Assembly: GCA_900128395.1 (NCBI GenBank)
Contig: LT649239.1
Span: forward strand, 1-64,000
Origin: Stramenopiles sp. TOSAG23-2
Taxonomy: Eukaryota
Direction: 5' to 3'
Length of the DNA: 64,000 nucleotides
Positions 35,929 to 48,475 of this stretch are shown piece after piece. Below the pieces are notes generated by a model, which saw nothing but the letters and a program-made list of their open reading frames with translations, made no database searches and was not told where the DNA came from. Position numbers and translations under genes: made by a program. The first letter of the stretch is position 1. Every line of letters starts with the position of its first letter.

Positions 35929-37370
35929 TCAAAATCTTTCTTTCTTTTTGGAGGTTGAGTTATATTTACGAAGTGGGTGTTCGTATATATTTATATTGAT
36001 TTCATCCTCTTCCGGTTTCTTTTCGTTCTCTGCAGCAGTAACAATATTTGTTTCCTTTTGTTTTTTCTTCTGTTTATTGTAAGTAACCAAAGTTGCCGAT
36101 AGAATCATTCCAAAAAATCCAATATAATGAAATACAGAAAATATTTTGTCATATATAACCATGAAAGCCAACGTTGTTGGGATTAAAAACATTGTTGAGG
36201 CGGCAACAGACATGTAACTTGGTACATACTTGGAGCAATGTGAATATATATTGTTGCCCCATACAAGCACGTACGAACCAGTGGCGGTATATACAAAACT
36301 AATTGAAAAACAATTAAAGGTTTTCAAATTGTATATAATTACAATAATTGTTACAAATAAATTGAATGTGCAACCACTATTAAATGTACATTGATATTCC
36401 TTCGTTGTCTATAGCAAATATAAATTGTTATTTTTTGTTAGAAAATGCATACACGTCTTAAATTTATTTTTGTATAGATATTTACAGAGGTACTTACGTG
36501 TGATTTCCTGTATGCACCGATTGACGTATAATTGATTCCCCATATCGTTAATGCAGATGCAAACGTAATTATACTAAAAGCGGGCATTGCCTTCTCCTGG
36601 TTGTTGGTATCATTATTATTGGTTCCGGATATTAACGATGTAATGTCACATGATAACATTACAGCGGATAATATCATAGCACAAATTCCGAAAATTTTTA
36701 CGCCATTAAGCTTTTCATTCAAATAACACACACCATGGCCTATAGGAATTAATAATTGCAATGGTAGCATTGCAGATAAAATAGTCATATCTGTATTTGG
36801 CGTTCCAGACAAATTGCACCAGAGAAACCAAGCAAAAGAACTTCCAAAAGGTTGAAAGAACAAACCGACAAAAAGCCAATTAAATATTTTCGGCTTTTTT
36901 ATTATAAAAGTTTTAATGGTCGTATCTGCTGTTACTAACGTTGATGTTAATATACCAAAAAATTGGCCAAGACCTAAGCCACCTATGGTAGTGCAGACGG
37001 TAAAACCGTCTGCACTACCATTTATCGTTAACAAAATCGTTGCGATAGCCCAGATAGAAATTACAAGTAAAAATTCAAAAACAATTATGTACATTGGCGG
37101 CGGCATCTCTTTGCTTTCGTTATTTTTTTGCAATTGTATTTCGTCTGGAGAAATGGTGGATAATTTTCCAGATATTTCTTCAATTTTATGATTCTTCGAT
37201 TGGATATTATCTTTGACTACATCAGCATGGTCATTTTTGCTACTCAATTCAAATATCGGTATTAATTTCTGTGATGAATTCGCAGCAATGCCATTATTAT
37301 TTTGTATCTTGGAATAAAATAATTGATCTTTCACTTTTTCGTTGTGGTGATGATTTGTTAGTTTCGACAT
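35929..37370 (-). CDS. EamA/DMT-family multi-pass transporter, 2 exons (37370-36498, 36408-35929), about 450 aa
   Basis: Intron 36409-36497 (GTAAGT..TTCTAAC..TAG) joins the two ORFs in frame; LNEKLNGVKIFG and YDKIFSVFHYIG DMT-type loops; many transmembrane segments. Confidence 0.8.
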
Positions 37371-38431
37371 AGTGTTTTATTCCTTATAATAATTAATCTG
37401 TATCGATAATCGTTCTATCCTTTTTTTATCTTCTATATTACATTCTTTTTGTTTCAAGGTCGCATTATGCGTATATAGTGTATTTCTAATTTCTATGCTT
37501 TTATCAAGGTGGTCATTGTTGCAACATTGCCGAATAGCATAGAAATAGCACTTAGATTGGTATAAATTCTAGATTCCATCGGCCTAATGGAAAAAATGTA
37601 TTCCGTGCGTGCTATTCCATGCTAAGCAACCTGTTGAATCTCGTATAAACTTTGGAAAAAAAGAACTTTCAAAGCTATTTACATGCTTTTGCAAAAATAC
37701 AAAAAGTTCTTTTTACCTTTTGTCCTTTTGCGGCTGCTTGGTGCTCGTAATAGGATGGTCTTCAATATAGAGTACGACAAGTATAATTGACAGCAAAAAA
37801 AAAAAAGAAACTCTTGCGTCTCTGATGCGTCTCTGCTGCGTCTCTGCCAGTCTGCCCTCTCTCCTCTCCGAGATCAAACGGGTCTCGGATCTCGGAAACT
37901 CCGCACCCTGTGTACATGTAAAAAATGTACACTTATAATATATTAATAATAACAAAATAACAAAATAAAACTATTCACTATGATAGGATGATAGGAAATA
38001 TAGGCAATTTTATTTTTCATATCAACAGCGCAAAATACTGTAGATTACATATTTATTATACCTGGTACTACAACATACATAATAATATGATGTATTATTA
38101 TTATTATCATCATCATTATTATTATTATTATATGCAAAACATAAATGCAAATATGCAAATATATAAATATTACTAAGTTATTTATTAAATACTTAGATTG
38201 ATCAAAAGAAAGAAAAACAATCAACTTATTTATCTCCTGAAAATTATAATCAAATATCGAACTATTGAAATAATCAATTAGCACGTTTACGTTTGCGCTA
38301 ATATTGAAATGAAAGTATAAAGAACAACAACCAAAACAATACAAAATACAATTAAACTATTTAATATAATATAATATACGTGATAGCAAGACTGCCAGAA
38401 AACGGAGTAAAGGCAATAATAATTAAATAAT

Positions 38432-41400
38432 ATGCACCAGCAAGTGCACTCACAAGTGCACCCACAACACGTCAATAGTAAAATCGAAGAAGCAACAATG
38501 CATCCACAAGAACGATTTTTATTACAATCTGCGATTGAAAGAATTTGGCATCAATATGATATTAACAAATCAAACTCAATTGATGCAAAAGAAGCAAAAC
38601 AAATGATAATTGATATCACAGGACATAAAAAAATATCAAAGCACGTAACGGCATTCATCGCTCATATTGAAAGTGAGGCATATGAAACAACTGGCCAAGA
38701 ACCTAACGGAGTATTGGAAAAGAATGAATTATTGAACTTTTTAGAACACGGTATTCAGCTGAATAAAGAGCAACGAGAAATATATGCAAAAAAAGGAGCA
38801 TTCCAAAAAACACTAGTTGATTTTTTCGTTGGATGCGATAAATTAATGGATGAAATATGCGATGAACATAAAGTATTATTGATTAAGTACATTGATTCAA
38901 TATGGAGTAAATATGATGTAGATAATAGTAAAAGTATAGGCGTGCAAGAGATCAAGCAATTAATATTGGACATTACCGGTCATGAAAATGTAACTGAAGA
39001 GGAGTGTAGTAATTTTGTAGCATACATAGAAAGTCAATCAAGTGGAGAAGCCAATGGTGAAATAGAAAAAGAAGAATTATTTCATTTTTGGAAGATGCTA
39101 TTTCAATGAGTGAAAATGAGCGTAAAGATTTTGGAAGTCGAAGTAAATTCCATGCAACATTAGTTGACTTTATTAATGGCATAGATAAAGCAAGACATGG
39201 CTTTGCGATAAATAAGAGAAATGCAATTGTTGATTTTATATGGTCAAAGTATAGTACCGATAATTCTAATTCAATTGATGAAGAGGTATCAAAACAAATG
39301 ATTTTAGATGTAACTGGGCATAAAACAGTTGGATCAAAATGTTTGACGAAATTTATAACCTATATAGAAAGCGAATCATATGCTGTAACAGGCAAAACTG
39401 CGAATGGAAAGTTGGAGAAACAAGAGATATTTCACTTTATAAAAGAAGGTGAAAAACTTACGACGAAGCAGCGTAAGCTATATGCAGAACAAGGACCTTT
39501 TCAAAAATTTATAATTGAGTTTCTCAGCGGCTGCGAAAAGCTAACAGCCAGTATCGAATTACAGTTGGTCGCAAATGATGTCAATGTGACAGATACGAGC
39601 AAGAAAGCAAATCAAAATAGCGATATCAATTCAAAACAAAAAGCAACTAATGATCTACAAGCAAACATACTGACAAAAGAACTTGAAGTCAAAGAGGAAA
39701 CGAAAACGTTGGATGCCACAAGTTTAGGAAATGATATAGAGACGATGGCGGTCGCTGCAAAGCAAGAAGAAGCAAATGTAGAAAACAACATGATCGAATC
39801 AAAAGAAGAAGTCAAAGTGACCGTTGGTGATGAATCGGAGACTATAAATAAGGTAAATCAAATCAGCGTAGGCGATAGGGTCTATGCAGATTGTGATTGG
39901 GATGAGTGGTATCCTGGTGTTGTAGATTCAGTTAATGATGATGGCACATACAATATTAATTTTGACGATGGTGATTATGTTGAAAATGTCTTGGAAGAAC
40001 AAATTGAAATGGCTGGTGAAGAGACAGAGGATCATGTAGATGGAGCAGCACAGGAAATGGATCCAAATGCTATCAACGTAACAGCGACAAATGTAACAAA
40101 AGAAGAAACTAGTTCTATTGAAAACCCAATGGTTGAATTGGGTGCTAAAAATGCTGTTACAGTTGCATCAAATGTTGCAAATTCGGTTAAGTCAAAAAAA
40201 GGAGCATCAAATATGGAATCAAGTTCAAACAACCAAGTAGTTTCTGCATCAGTTGCTGCAACAGTTGAAAAAACTAATACATCAAATGGTATTAAAGCAT
40301 TAAATGTAGAATCAAGTTTAAACAACCAAGTAGTTTCTGCATCAGTTGCTGCAACAGTTGCTGCAACAGTTGAAAAAACTAATATACCAAACGGTATTAA
40401 AGCATCACATGTAGAATCAAGTTCAAACAACCAAGTAGTTGCTGCAACAGTTGAAAAAACTAATACATCAAATGGTATTAAAGCATCAAATGTAGAATCA
40501 AGTTTAAACAACCAAGTAGTTGCAGTTGCTGCATCAGTTGCTGCAACAGTTGAAAAACCTAGTACACCAAATGGTCTTAAAGCATCAAATATAGAATCAA
40601 GTTTAAACAACCAAGAAGTTGTTTCTGCAGCAGTTGAAAAATCTAATACATCAGTTGCTGCATCAGTTGCTGCAACAGTTGAAAAAACTAATACATCAAA
40701 TGGTATTAAAGCATCAAATGTAGAATCAAGTTTAAACAACCAAGTAGTTGCAGTTGCTGCATCAGTTGCTGCAACAGTTGAAAAAACTAATACATCAAAT
40801 GGTATTAAAGCATCAAATGTAGAATCAAGTTTAAACAACCAAGTAGTTGCAGTTGCTGCATCAGTTGCTGCAACAGTTGAAAAAACTAATACATCAAATG
40901 GTATTAAAGCATCAAATGTAGAATCAAGTTTAAACAACCAAGTAGTTGCAGTTGCTGCATCAGTTGCTGCAACAGTTGAAAAAACTAATACATCAAATGG
41001 TATTAAAGCATCAAATGTAGAATCAAGTTTAAACAACCAAGTAGTTGCAGTTGCTGCATCAGTTGCTGCAACAGTTGAAAAAACTAATACATCAAATGGT
41101 ATTAAAGCATCAAATGTAGAATCAAGTTTAAACAACCAAGTAGTTGCAGTTGCTGCATCAGTTGCTGCAACAGTTGAAAAAACTAATACATCAAATGGTA
41201 TTAAAGCATCAAATGTAGAATCAAGTTTAAACAACCAAGTAGTTGCAGTTGCTGCATCAGTTGCTGCAACAGTTGAAAAAACTAATACATCAAATGGTAT
41301 TAAAGCATCAAATGTAGAATCAAGTTTAAACAACCAAGTAGTTGCAGTTGCTGCATCAGTTGCTGCAACAGTTGAAAAAACTAATACATCAAATGGTATT

Positions 41401-41664
41401 AAAGCATCAAATGTAGAATCAAGTTTAAACAACCAAGTAGTTGCAGTTGCTGCATCAGTTGCTGCAACAGTTGAAAAAACTAATACATCAAATGGTATTA
41501 AAGCATCAAATGTAGAATCAAGTTTAAACAACCAAGTAGTTGCAGTTGCTGCATCAGTTGCTGCAACAGTTGAAAAAACTAATACATCAAATGGTATTAA
41601 AGCATCAAATGTAGAATCAAGTTTAAACAACCAAGTAGTTGCAGTTGCTGTATTATTTATATAA
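38432..41664 (+). CDS. EF-hand repeat protein with a Tudor-like domain and a 33-aa tandem repeat tail; single-base frameshift near 39085
   Basis: Three IW..YD..S.SID..E units; one extra T in cattttt gives ..EELFHFLEDAIS.. and fuses the two ORFs; VGDRVYAD..WYPG..DGTYNINFDDGD. Confidence 0.75.
40203..41650 (+). repeat. Coding minisatellite, 99-bp unit; about 10 identical copies (c.40654-41650) preceded by about 4 degenerate copies
   Basis: gaaaaaactaatacatc recurs at 40681, 40780 and onward; encodes ATVEKTNTSNGIKASNVESSLNNQVVAVAASVA. Confidence 0.95.
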
Positions 41665-41864
41665 TTATTTTTTTAGTTTTAGTTCAGAAATTAAAATGCA
41701 AAAGGTGATTCATAATTTTTTTTTTTCGTTTCGTTTTGATTTAATAACATTTTATTGGAATAGATACGAGTTGTACATACAGCATACATATATATAAACC
41801 ACGTTTGCGAATCTTTGTTGAAAACAGGAGAAAGAGAGACAGCAATAAAATTAAAAACAAGAAA

Positions 41865-42935
41865 ATGGTCGAATATTTGAATAATGTTGAAAAGGTAACG
41901 GCCGTTATGCATAATAATAATAACATTATTGTCAATAGTTTACGGCGTGTTTTGAAGAATACAAGTACTGCATGTCATACCATGAAAACATGTGATTTGT
42001 GTTATGCGACTACAGGTTGTCATTTTTGTGCAAGCGATAATCAATGTCATACATATGGTAGTGCATATGGATGTGTCTATGGTGCTTCTTGCGAGACTGA
42101 AGATGGGTGCGTGCGTAAAACAGCTGAAAATATACGATATATGGGTGCGACTTTTGGGGATATAATTTTAATTATGTTTCTCGTTGGTATCATTATGACA
42201 TGTGCTGTGCTATGCGTTTGGTCAGCCAGTTTACTCAAAGATTTGGTTAGCGAAACAAAAGAGGAAACCGATCAAAAATATATTAGATTAAATAGAATGT
42301 CGAATGCTGGTGAAAATATCGATGATGTGGATGATGAGGAAGCTTCTAACTGGATCGTACCAAAAAAAAAAGTGACAATGACACCAGCTAAAGCTGTTCG
42401 AATATTACGTTGTTGTAAATTATGTTGGTTGGGTCTTGTTGTTTCTAGTATTGTCATTGGCGTCCTAGTTGGTATTAATTTCCCAAACAAACCAACGTAC
42501 AATGTATGTATGGAAAATTTTAATTGGAAAAGTATTTTAAATAGCTTTACGAAATTAAGTCTTCAAGCTGATTTTGATGTTGTTTTAAGTATTAAAAACC
42601 CAAATCGATTTGATTTCGCTGTAAATAATTTGCGAGTTGATTTTTTACATGATTCTATTGTTGTTGGATCTGCTCATGATACAGAAGAATTAGTTTTGAA
42701 ACCTCATACAATAACTGATTATGTCTTGAAAGTAAGCTTTCGACCTGGATTTACGCAAGCACTAAGTATGCAACAAGATTACATGCGTAATGATTTATAT
42801 TTCACTTTAAAAGGTAACGTACTAGGGTATACAACACCGTTGGGTTGGAAATATGATTTTGATCAAGAAATTGAAGATGTTGAATTACGAATTGGTGATG
42901 AAGCTGATACAAGCTTATGTAAATGTAAATCGTAA
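41865..42935 (+). CDS. Membrane protein with a PSI-like Cys-rich domain, two transmembrane segments and a LEA_2/WHy domain
   Basis: C..TCDLC..GCHFC..C; two hydrophobic segments; LSIKNPNRFDFAVNNLRVDF..VGSA. Confidence 0.75.
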   Translation: MVEYLNNVEKVTAVMHNNNNIIVNSLRRVLKNTSTACHTMKTCDLCYATTGCHFCASDNQCHTYGSAYGCVYGASCETEDGCVRKTAENIRYMGATFGDIILIMFLVGIIMTCAVLCVWSASLLKDLVSETKEETDQKYIRLNRMSNAGENIDDVDDEEASNWIVPKKKVTMTPAKAVRILRCCKLCWLGLVVSSIVIGVLVGINFPNKPTYNVCMENFNWKSILNSFTKLSLQADFDVVLSIKNPNRFDFAVNNLRVDFLHDSIVVGSAHDTEELVLKPHTITDYVLKVSFRPGFTQALSMQQDYMRNDLYFTLKGNVLGYTTPLGWKYDFDQEIEDVELRIGDEADTSLCKCKS

Positions 42936-43514
42936 ATCTTGTAAAAATGTACGTATATTGTATATGTATATGATAATATGATATTCACACATTTTCTTTT
43001 AAACCCATCGATTCTGCTGTTTCAAATTCGCATTTCGCTGGGAAATGGCCTTTGGGAAAATACCCTTACTGGCGGCTTACCATTACCAGTACTACATCAT
43101 GCACGCGTATATCATTTTTCTACATTTTCGGATATTTTGTACTTTTTAGATTATGTGAAAAATAAAAGAGGAATTTTAGTGCTTTAGAAAAAATGGCATA
43201 TAGAACCATAGTCAATAGTGTTAATGTGCGAATAATAAAATATGACTATCAAATATATGGAAATTATATTGTAATTGAATTTATGGGTTTTCATTTTGGG
43301 TTTCTACACCAAGTCCGTTAAAAAACACGACGACAAAACACGACGACAGTCTTTTTTTTTTATTTATTAATAGCTTAAAATGATTATACTGTATATAATA
43401 ACACAAAAACCCAAAAGCATAATATCAATATAGCACAAAAACAAATGCAAATTTTCTTTCATAGTACAGTATTTAGCACACACATATATACATACATATA
43501 CATACATACGCATT

Positions 43515-44267
43515 ATGGGATTGGATGAAACATTAAATTTATTGCAAGAATCGTTAAAACGTTATCAAGCTTTAAATTATTTGGCAAGAAAAGATCAAAA
43601 CTATAAAAAACCTGGTATTAGTAACTTGTTCACCACACAATGTAAAGAAATAGAATTATATTTGGCAATTGCAGAATGTAAACGTCTGATGGCTACACAG
43701 CTGGAGGATGATTATGATAAAATTAAAAAATTAAAGGAAGCAGATAATGATTGCCAGGTTGCATATGCGTGTGTCAGAAAGTTAACACCTGATTCAGAAG
43801 ATGAAACACGACAAATGAAAATAGCTGAAGGAGATGTGTTGAAAATTTTAGGAACGATATATGCGCAAGCAAAACTATATCATGCAAGTAAAGATAGTTA
43901 TAAACAAGCGTCAAAATTATATGAAGACAACAACTACGGCGAAGGTGAAGCTTCAATTATGGTGAAAATGACCAAATTAGAAATAGAGCATAATAGAATA
44001 GGTGTATTAATTGATAAAATGAAAAAATTAAAAGCAGCTGGAAATCGAGAAGAGGAACAATTACGTGCTGTATTTAACAAACACGATGTTGATGGTAGTG
44101 GTGATATATCAACGGAAGAATTTAAAGGAATTGCTACTGATTTAGGTACGGTTCCAGAATTAACTGATGATGAATTGAAAGAAGCTGTATCTCAAATTGA
44201 TAAATCAAATGATGGTGAATTTAGTTTCGAAGAGTTATGGACTTGGTGGATTCAAGATAAACTGTAA
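43515..44267 (+). CDS. TPR-like helical protein with two C-terminal EF-hands
   Basis: DVDGSGDISTEE and DKSNDGEFSFEE loops; LGTIY..A..Y..A TPR-like segment. Confidence 0.85.
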   Translation: MGLDETLNLLQESLKRYQALNYLARKDQNYKKPGISNLFTTQCKEIELYLAIAECKRLMATQLEDDYDKIKKLKEADNDCQVAYACVRKLTPDSEDETRQMKIAEGDVLKILGTIYAQAKLYHASKDSYKQASKLYEDNNYGEGEASIMVKMTKLEIEHNRIGVLIDKMKKLKAAGNREEEQLRAVFNKHDVDGSGDISTEEFKGIATDLGTVPELTDDELKEAVSQIDKSNDGEFSFEELWTWWIQDKL

Positions 44268-44660
44268 AAAAATGTTTTTTAATTGACCCGGTTTTTCTGA
44301 GAGACCTTCCAAGGGACAAATAAAATTTTAGCATATTTTAAAATCAAATGATGGTGAATTTAGTTTCGAAGAGTTATGGACTTGGTGGATTCAAGATAAA
44401 CTGTAAAAAAATGTTTTTTAATTGACCCGGTTTTTCTGAGAGACCTTCCAAGGGACAAATAAAATTTTAGCATATTTTAAAATATTAATATATAAGAGTG
44501 TACACAAATTACACGCGCACATAAGTGTCTCCTATATTTACATTTCATCCGTGTACTCCGCAAAAATCAATAATTTAATTTTTTTTTGAAAATTTATTTT
44601 TCCATATTTTATTTCTCAATATTTTTAAGCCAAGAAGATGCCATCAACGCACTCTGGCTT

Positions 44661-45863
44661 TCATTTCATGATTTCAATACTGTATCGTTCCCCAAGACCC
44701 ATTGGTAATAATACACCTGGTTTTAAACGAGCTCTTAATTTACCTTGTTTGTATATTTGTTGTTCATGCATTGGTGTAGTCGATCGATTAAAAATATCAC
44801 GAAGTTTTTCTCCACTGTTCAATGAATGATGATGATATCTGTTGTGTTCATTTCTACCAGTTAAACTTCTGTATTGCACTGGACCAGAAGAGATTTCTCT
44901 TCCTTTCGTTCCAGGTCTAGTAGCTGAAGATGTAGCTGTAGCTGTATATCCCATTGCTCTATTCATATTAACATTATCAGTAGAACTAATGTAAAAGGTA
45001 TTTGGTGTATTCATTGGAGTTTTAAATGGCTTTTTTTCCCATATGGAATCTGCATGGATATCCTCAGGGACAAGACTTTCTCTTACGGATAAGGTTCGGC
45101 TAACGCTCACAACAGTATTACATTGTGAATTTCCGACCCTGGGGGTTGCTGGTGCTGGCATATCAATGATTGATGAGCCACCTGATTCTAACGCATTATC
45201 CTCTTTCTTTTTGTTTTTGCGGCTGTTTGTATTTGGAGTTACCGGTAATGGTGGTTTTCGCTTCGCTCTTCTGCTACTAGTGCTATGACGAAATTTTACA
45301 ATTGGGAGAGATGCGGAAGGATAAAAATTTGGCTTATCAATAACTTCAGATATAGAGTCGATGGAGGTCATAGGTCGTTGCGTATTATTGAGAATGCCCT
45401 TGCCGTTGAGATGCGGAAGGATAAAAATTTGGCTTATCAATAACTTCAGATATAGAGTCGATGGAGGTCATAGGTCGTTGCGTATTATTGAGAATGCCCT
45501 TGCCGTTCGTTGCATACTTTAAATCGGACATGCTGCTACTAGTAGTAATGCCATTGTTTATTGCCGTTGAAGGTGACATTGGGCCGCCTGTTGTTGATGG
45601 TCTCAGCTTCGGTTCAACCGTAACACTTGTTAACAAAGGTGTTGTTGTCTGTTGAATTTTTTTGTTGGTGTGCCATTCGAAGTTGCAGCTGGTGGTTCTA
45701 CATCATGTGCATCACCATTGGATGTTAATACACGTGGAATATTTACATTGATTTTATTATTACTTGCATTATCATTTTGTTGTTTTTGATTTCCTATTAT
45801 GAATGATGATTCATCCTGTTGTTTATCATCAATGATACTAGTTGCCGGTTGAGATGGATCCAT
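44661..45863 (-). CDS. Hypothetical disordered protein (about 367 aa) split by a 100-bp duplication and a homopolymer frameshift
   Basis: Removing 45308-45407 and adding one A in the A7 run near 45660 joins three ORFs into one frame. Confidence 0.65.
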
Positions 45864-46297
45864 CTTAATGATGTATTTGTGTATTATATATATTTATCTC
45901 AGCACTTTTTCAATGTTTACAAAGAATATATTATAATGTAACGTTACGAAATAATAGAAAACGCGATTGTACCTTATCCCTGAATATAGGAGAGGGGATA
46001 TATATATATAATTTAATTAATATTATAGGTATTTTCACATCTAACAGTTTGTACATATATATGTATTTTTATTTTATATATATGTGTGCTCCATCAACGG
46101 TACTAACAGGTACATTTAACAAAAAAATACATGGAAAATTGGGTATTCGTTAAGGTAAAAAGTCATTATCACAATCAACAAATTTCTACTAAAATCAATC
46201 TTCGTTATCACGTTTTTTTGTACAAAGTGCCATATGAAGTAACTTCTATCGTAGTATTAGTATAGTGGGTATTAATATTTAATAATAATAATGGTAC

Positions 46298-47879
46298 AAA
46301 GGACTTTTTTATAAATAATTGTATCTATATCCTTTTGGGATATGCGTTAGAAGCGTAATTCTTTTCCTTATAGATACTCAAAGTTTCAGTTTATATCGAT
46401 ATAAAAGGACTTTTTTATAAATAATTGTATCTATATCCTTTTGGGATATGCGTTAGAAGCGTAATTCTTTTCCTTATAGATACTCAAAGTTTCAGTTTAT
46501 ATCGATATATATTTATTTATATATTTGTGTTTGAAATTGGGATTATTTTATTAATTAATTGATTATTTATTGGTGTTTTTTAGTTAAATTATCAAAAAAT
46601 AGCCTTCGTTAATAAGATAAGAAAAAATTAAATAAAATTGTATATAGCGGCAAGCAAATTGGTGTTTTTAGAAAGATATTGTGTATATAGGATATGATAA
46701 TAGATTTGATTGATTTAAACCAGTTAGTTTCCGTTAAAACAGATTCAAAAAAAAAAAGTGCAAAAAAAGTGCTTTTAAACGATTTACTCCATTTTAATTA
46801 TTTATTTTGGAGCATTTTACCAGTTGGTTCAGATCCATCTGGAGGGTTTAAATTCTACAGTATCATAGTTTTTAAATCGAATATGGTAGTTAATAATAAT
46901 AGAATATATGTAGGCGAATTATTGTTATATTATCTATGTAATCAAAATGATACAAAAATTACTGATAAATTTAGAATGTCAAGCGTTATAATTTATCTTA
47001 AAAAAATAATAAGTTTTATTTCACCTCATAATATCATTTGGATGTTAATTGATATTTTTGATGGTTTTAATAAAGCATTTCTAAGCAGACGTAGCAATTT
47101 AATTGTTGCTAAATTACGAGCATACGACGATTTTTTTTTAGTTAAATCGAGTTCCACAGTAAGAAATGAAGCTTCATTAAATGAATCCTTCGAGTTAAAT
47201 TTAAGTTTCTACGCCGAAATCGTAGTAAACAGTTACAACAATTGCATTGCATGGTTTTTCATCAAATTTTTGGTTTTCCATTCAATGCTCATTAATTTTA
47301 ATAGTACGTGTATTTCCAACAATACATTAGTGACTACTTATATAAATTCCTTGTACAGTGTTTTGCGTCAAATTGAGAACGTTGATTGCGCGTTTTTAAA
47401 TTGGAGTAAATATACAGTACCGTCGATGAATATTAAATATACGGTTTTTTATCAAAATTTTGGTTTTCCGTATTTATTTAATATGAAAGTAGTATTTTTT
47501 AGGACGTGTAGCGATACACTAGTACCTACTTACAATTATCCTTTATGGATAATCCTTGTACAACTTTTTTATCTTCGATAAAATAAATGTACCGTCAGAT
47601 ATTAAATTATCTAAATGCGTGTTCGGGGACGAAGGCTCTAAAGTCAAGGTTGGAGCTGTTTTTATTCATTTAATCATTGAATATTTTAGGTTTGATCATA
47701 GAGGATTATCAAAATTGGAAGTAACACACCAAATTAAGATAATTTTTTATGGGAGAATGTTATTTAATGAATAAATGGAGGCGAGATCCGGAGTAGGGAA
47801 TTTAGAATACAGTACAGATAGGGAAGAGAGTAAAATTTTTAAATTATCCTAGGACATACTACTGAAAAAAAAAAAAAAA
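46298..47879 (+). mobile_element. Retroposed insertion with a poly(A) tail and a 17-bp target-site duplication
   Basis: aataataataatggtac at 46281-46297 and 47880-47896; A-run 47865-47881 directly abuts the right copy. Confidence 0.75.
46694..47581 (+). CDS. Orphan 295-aa F/L/I/N-rich ORF inside the retroposed insert, possibly continued by frameshift to 47774
   Basis: 888-nt stop-free frame in very AT-rich DNA is unlikely by chance; no recognisable family. Confidence 0.55.
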   Translation: MIIDLIDLNQLVSVKTDSKKKSAKKVLLNDLLHFNYLFWSILPVGSDPSGGFKFYSIIVFKSNMVVNNNRIYVGELLLYYLCNQNDTKITDKFRMSSVIIYLKKIISFISPHNIIWMLIDIFDGFNKAFLSRRSNLIVAKLRAYDDFFLVKSSSTVRNEASLNESFELNLSFYAEIVVNSYNNCIAWFFIKFLVFHSMLINFNSTCISNNTLVTTYINSLYSVLRQIENVDCAFLNWSKYTVPSMNIKYTVFYQNFGFPYLFNMKVVFFRTCSDTLVPTYNYPLWIILVQLFYLR

Positions 47880-48475
47880 AATAATAATAATGGTACTTGT
47901 ATAATAAATGGTAATAAATGGACCAACTAATACCACATTTCAATGCCTTTTCATTCATATATATAATGTACATGATATACAATCTACACAGGGAGAGGTT
48001 GTAGATAATTGTAATATCACCACTGTGTTGAATATGTACACATTGTTTAAGAGATATAACAGTAGAACAAGATAATATATCTATAGTTGGAGACTATATA
48101 TATATATATATATATATAAAGAACATTACGAAGATATAATATATAACATCATTTTTTTGTTAATTTTAATATAATAATATTAAAAATTACGTACATTTGG
48201 TTGTGTTTACAAACATTTGGTTGGTTTTATTTTATTTCATATCATCTTTATTCGTCATTTTTTTGTTAATTTTAATATAATAATATTAAAAATTACGTAC
48301 ATTTGGTTGTGTTTACAAACATTTGGTTGGTTTTATTTTATTTCATATCATCTTTATTCGTAATTTATCATCCGATATAATATAATACTATACCTAGTAT
48401 ACATATATTTGGACATATATTTTTAGATACATTATACGAAGATATATGTAAAAAGAAATACGATCGTATAACACT

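Noticed and set aside
37812-37915. GC-rich patch with a ccgagatc/gatctcgg inverted repeat as a possible tRNA or ncRNA
   Set aside because: No cloverleaf or A/B boxes; compatible with ordinary promoter sequence.
39080-39109. Programmed ribosomal frameshift
   Set aside because: A single missing T in a homopolymer explains it, and a similar indel occurs near 45660; no slippery heptamer with downstream structure was seen.
40032-41630. 532-aa minus-strand ORF
   Set aside because: Antisense shadow of the 99-bp repeat; any stop-free unit gives a long ORF.
40654-41650. CRISPR-like array
   Set aside because: Contiguous identical units with no unique spacers, in a eukaryotic coding context.
46298-47860. 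Minus-strand gene in an alternative genetic code
   Set aside because: Minus frames contain TAA, TAG and TGA stops together and give no coherent protein; they look like the shadow of the + ORF.
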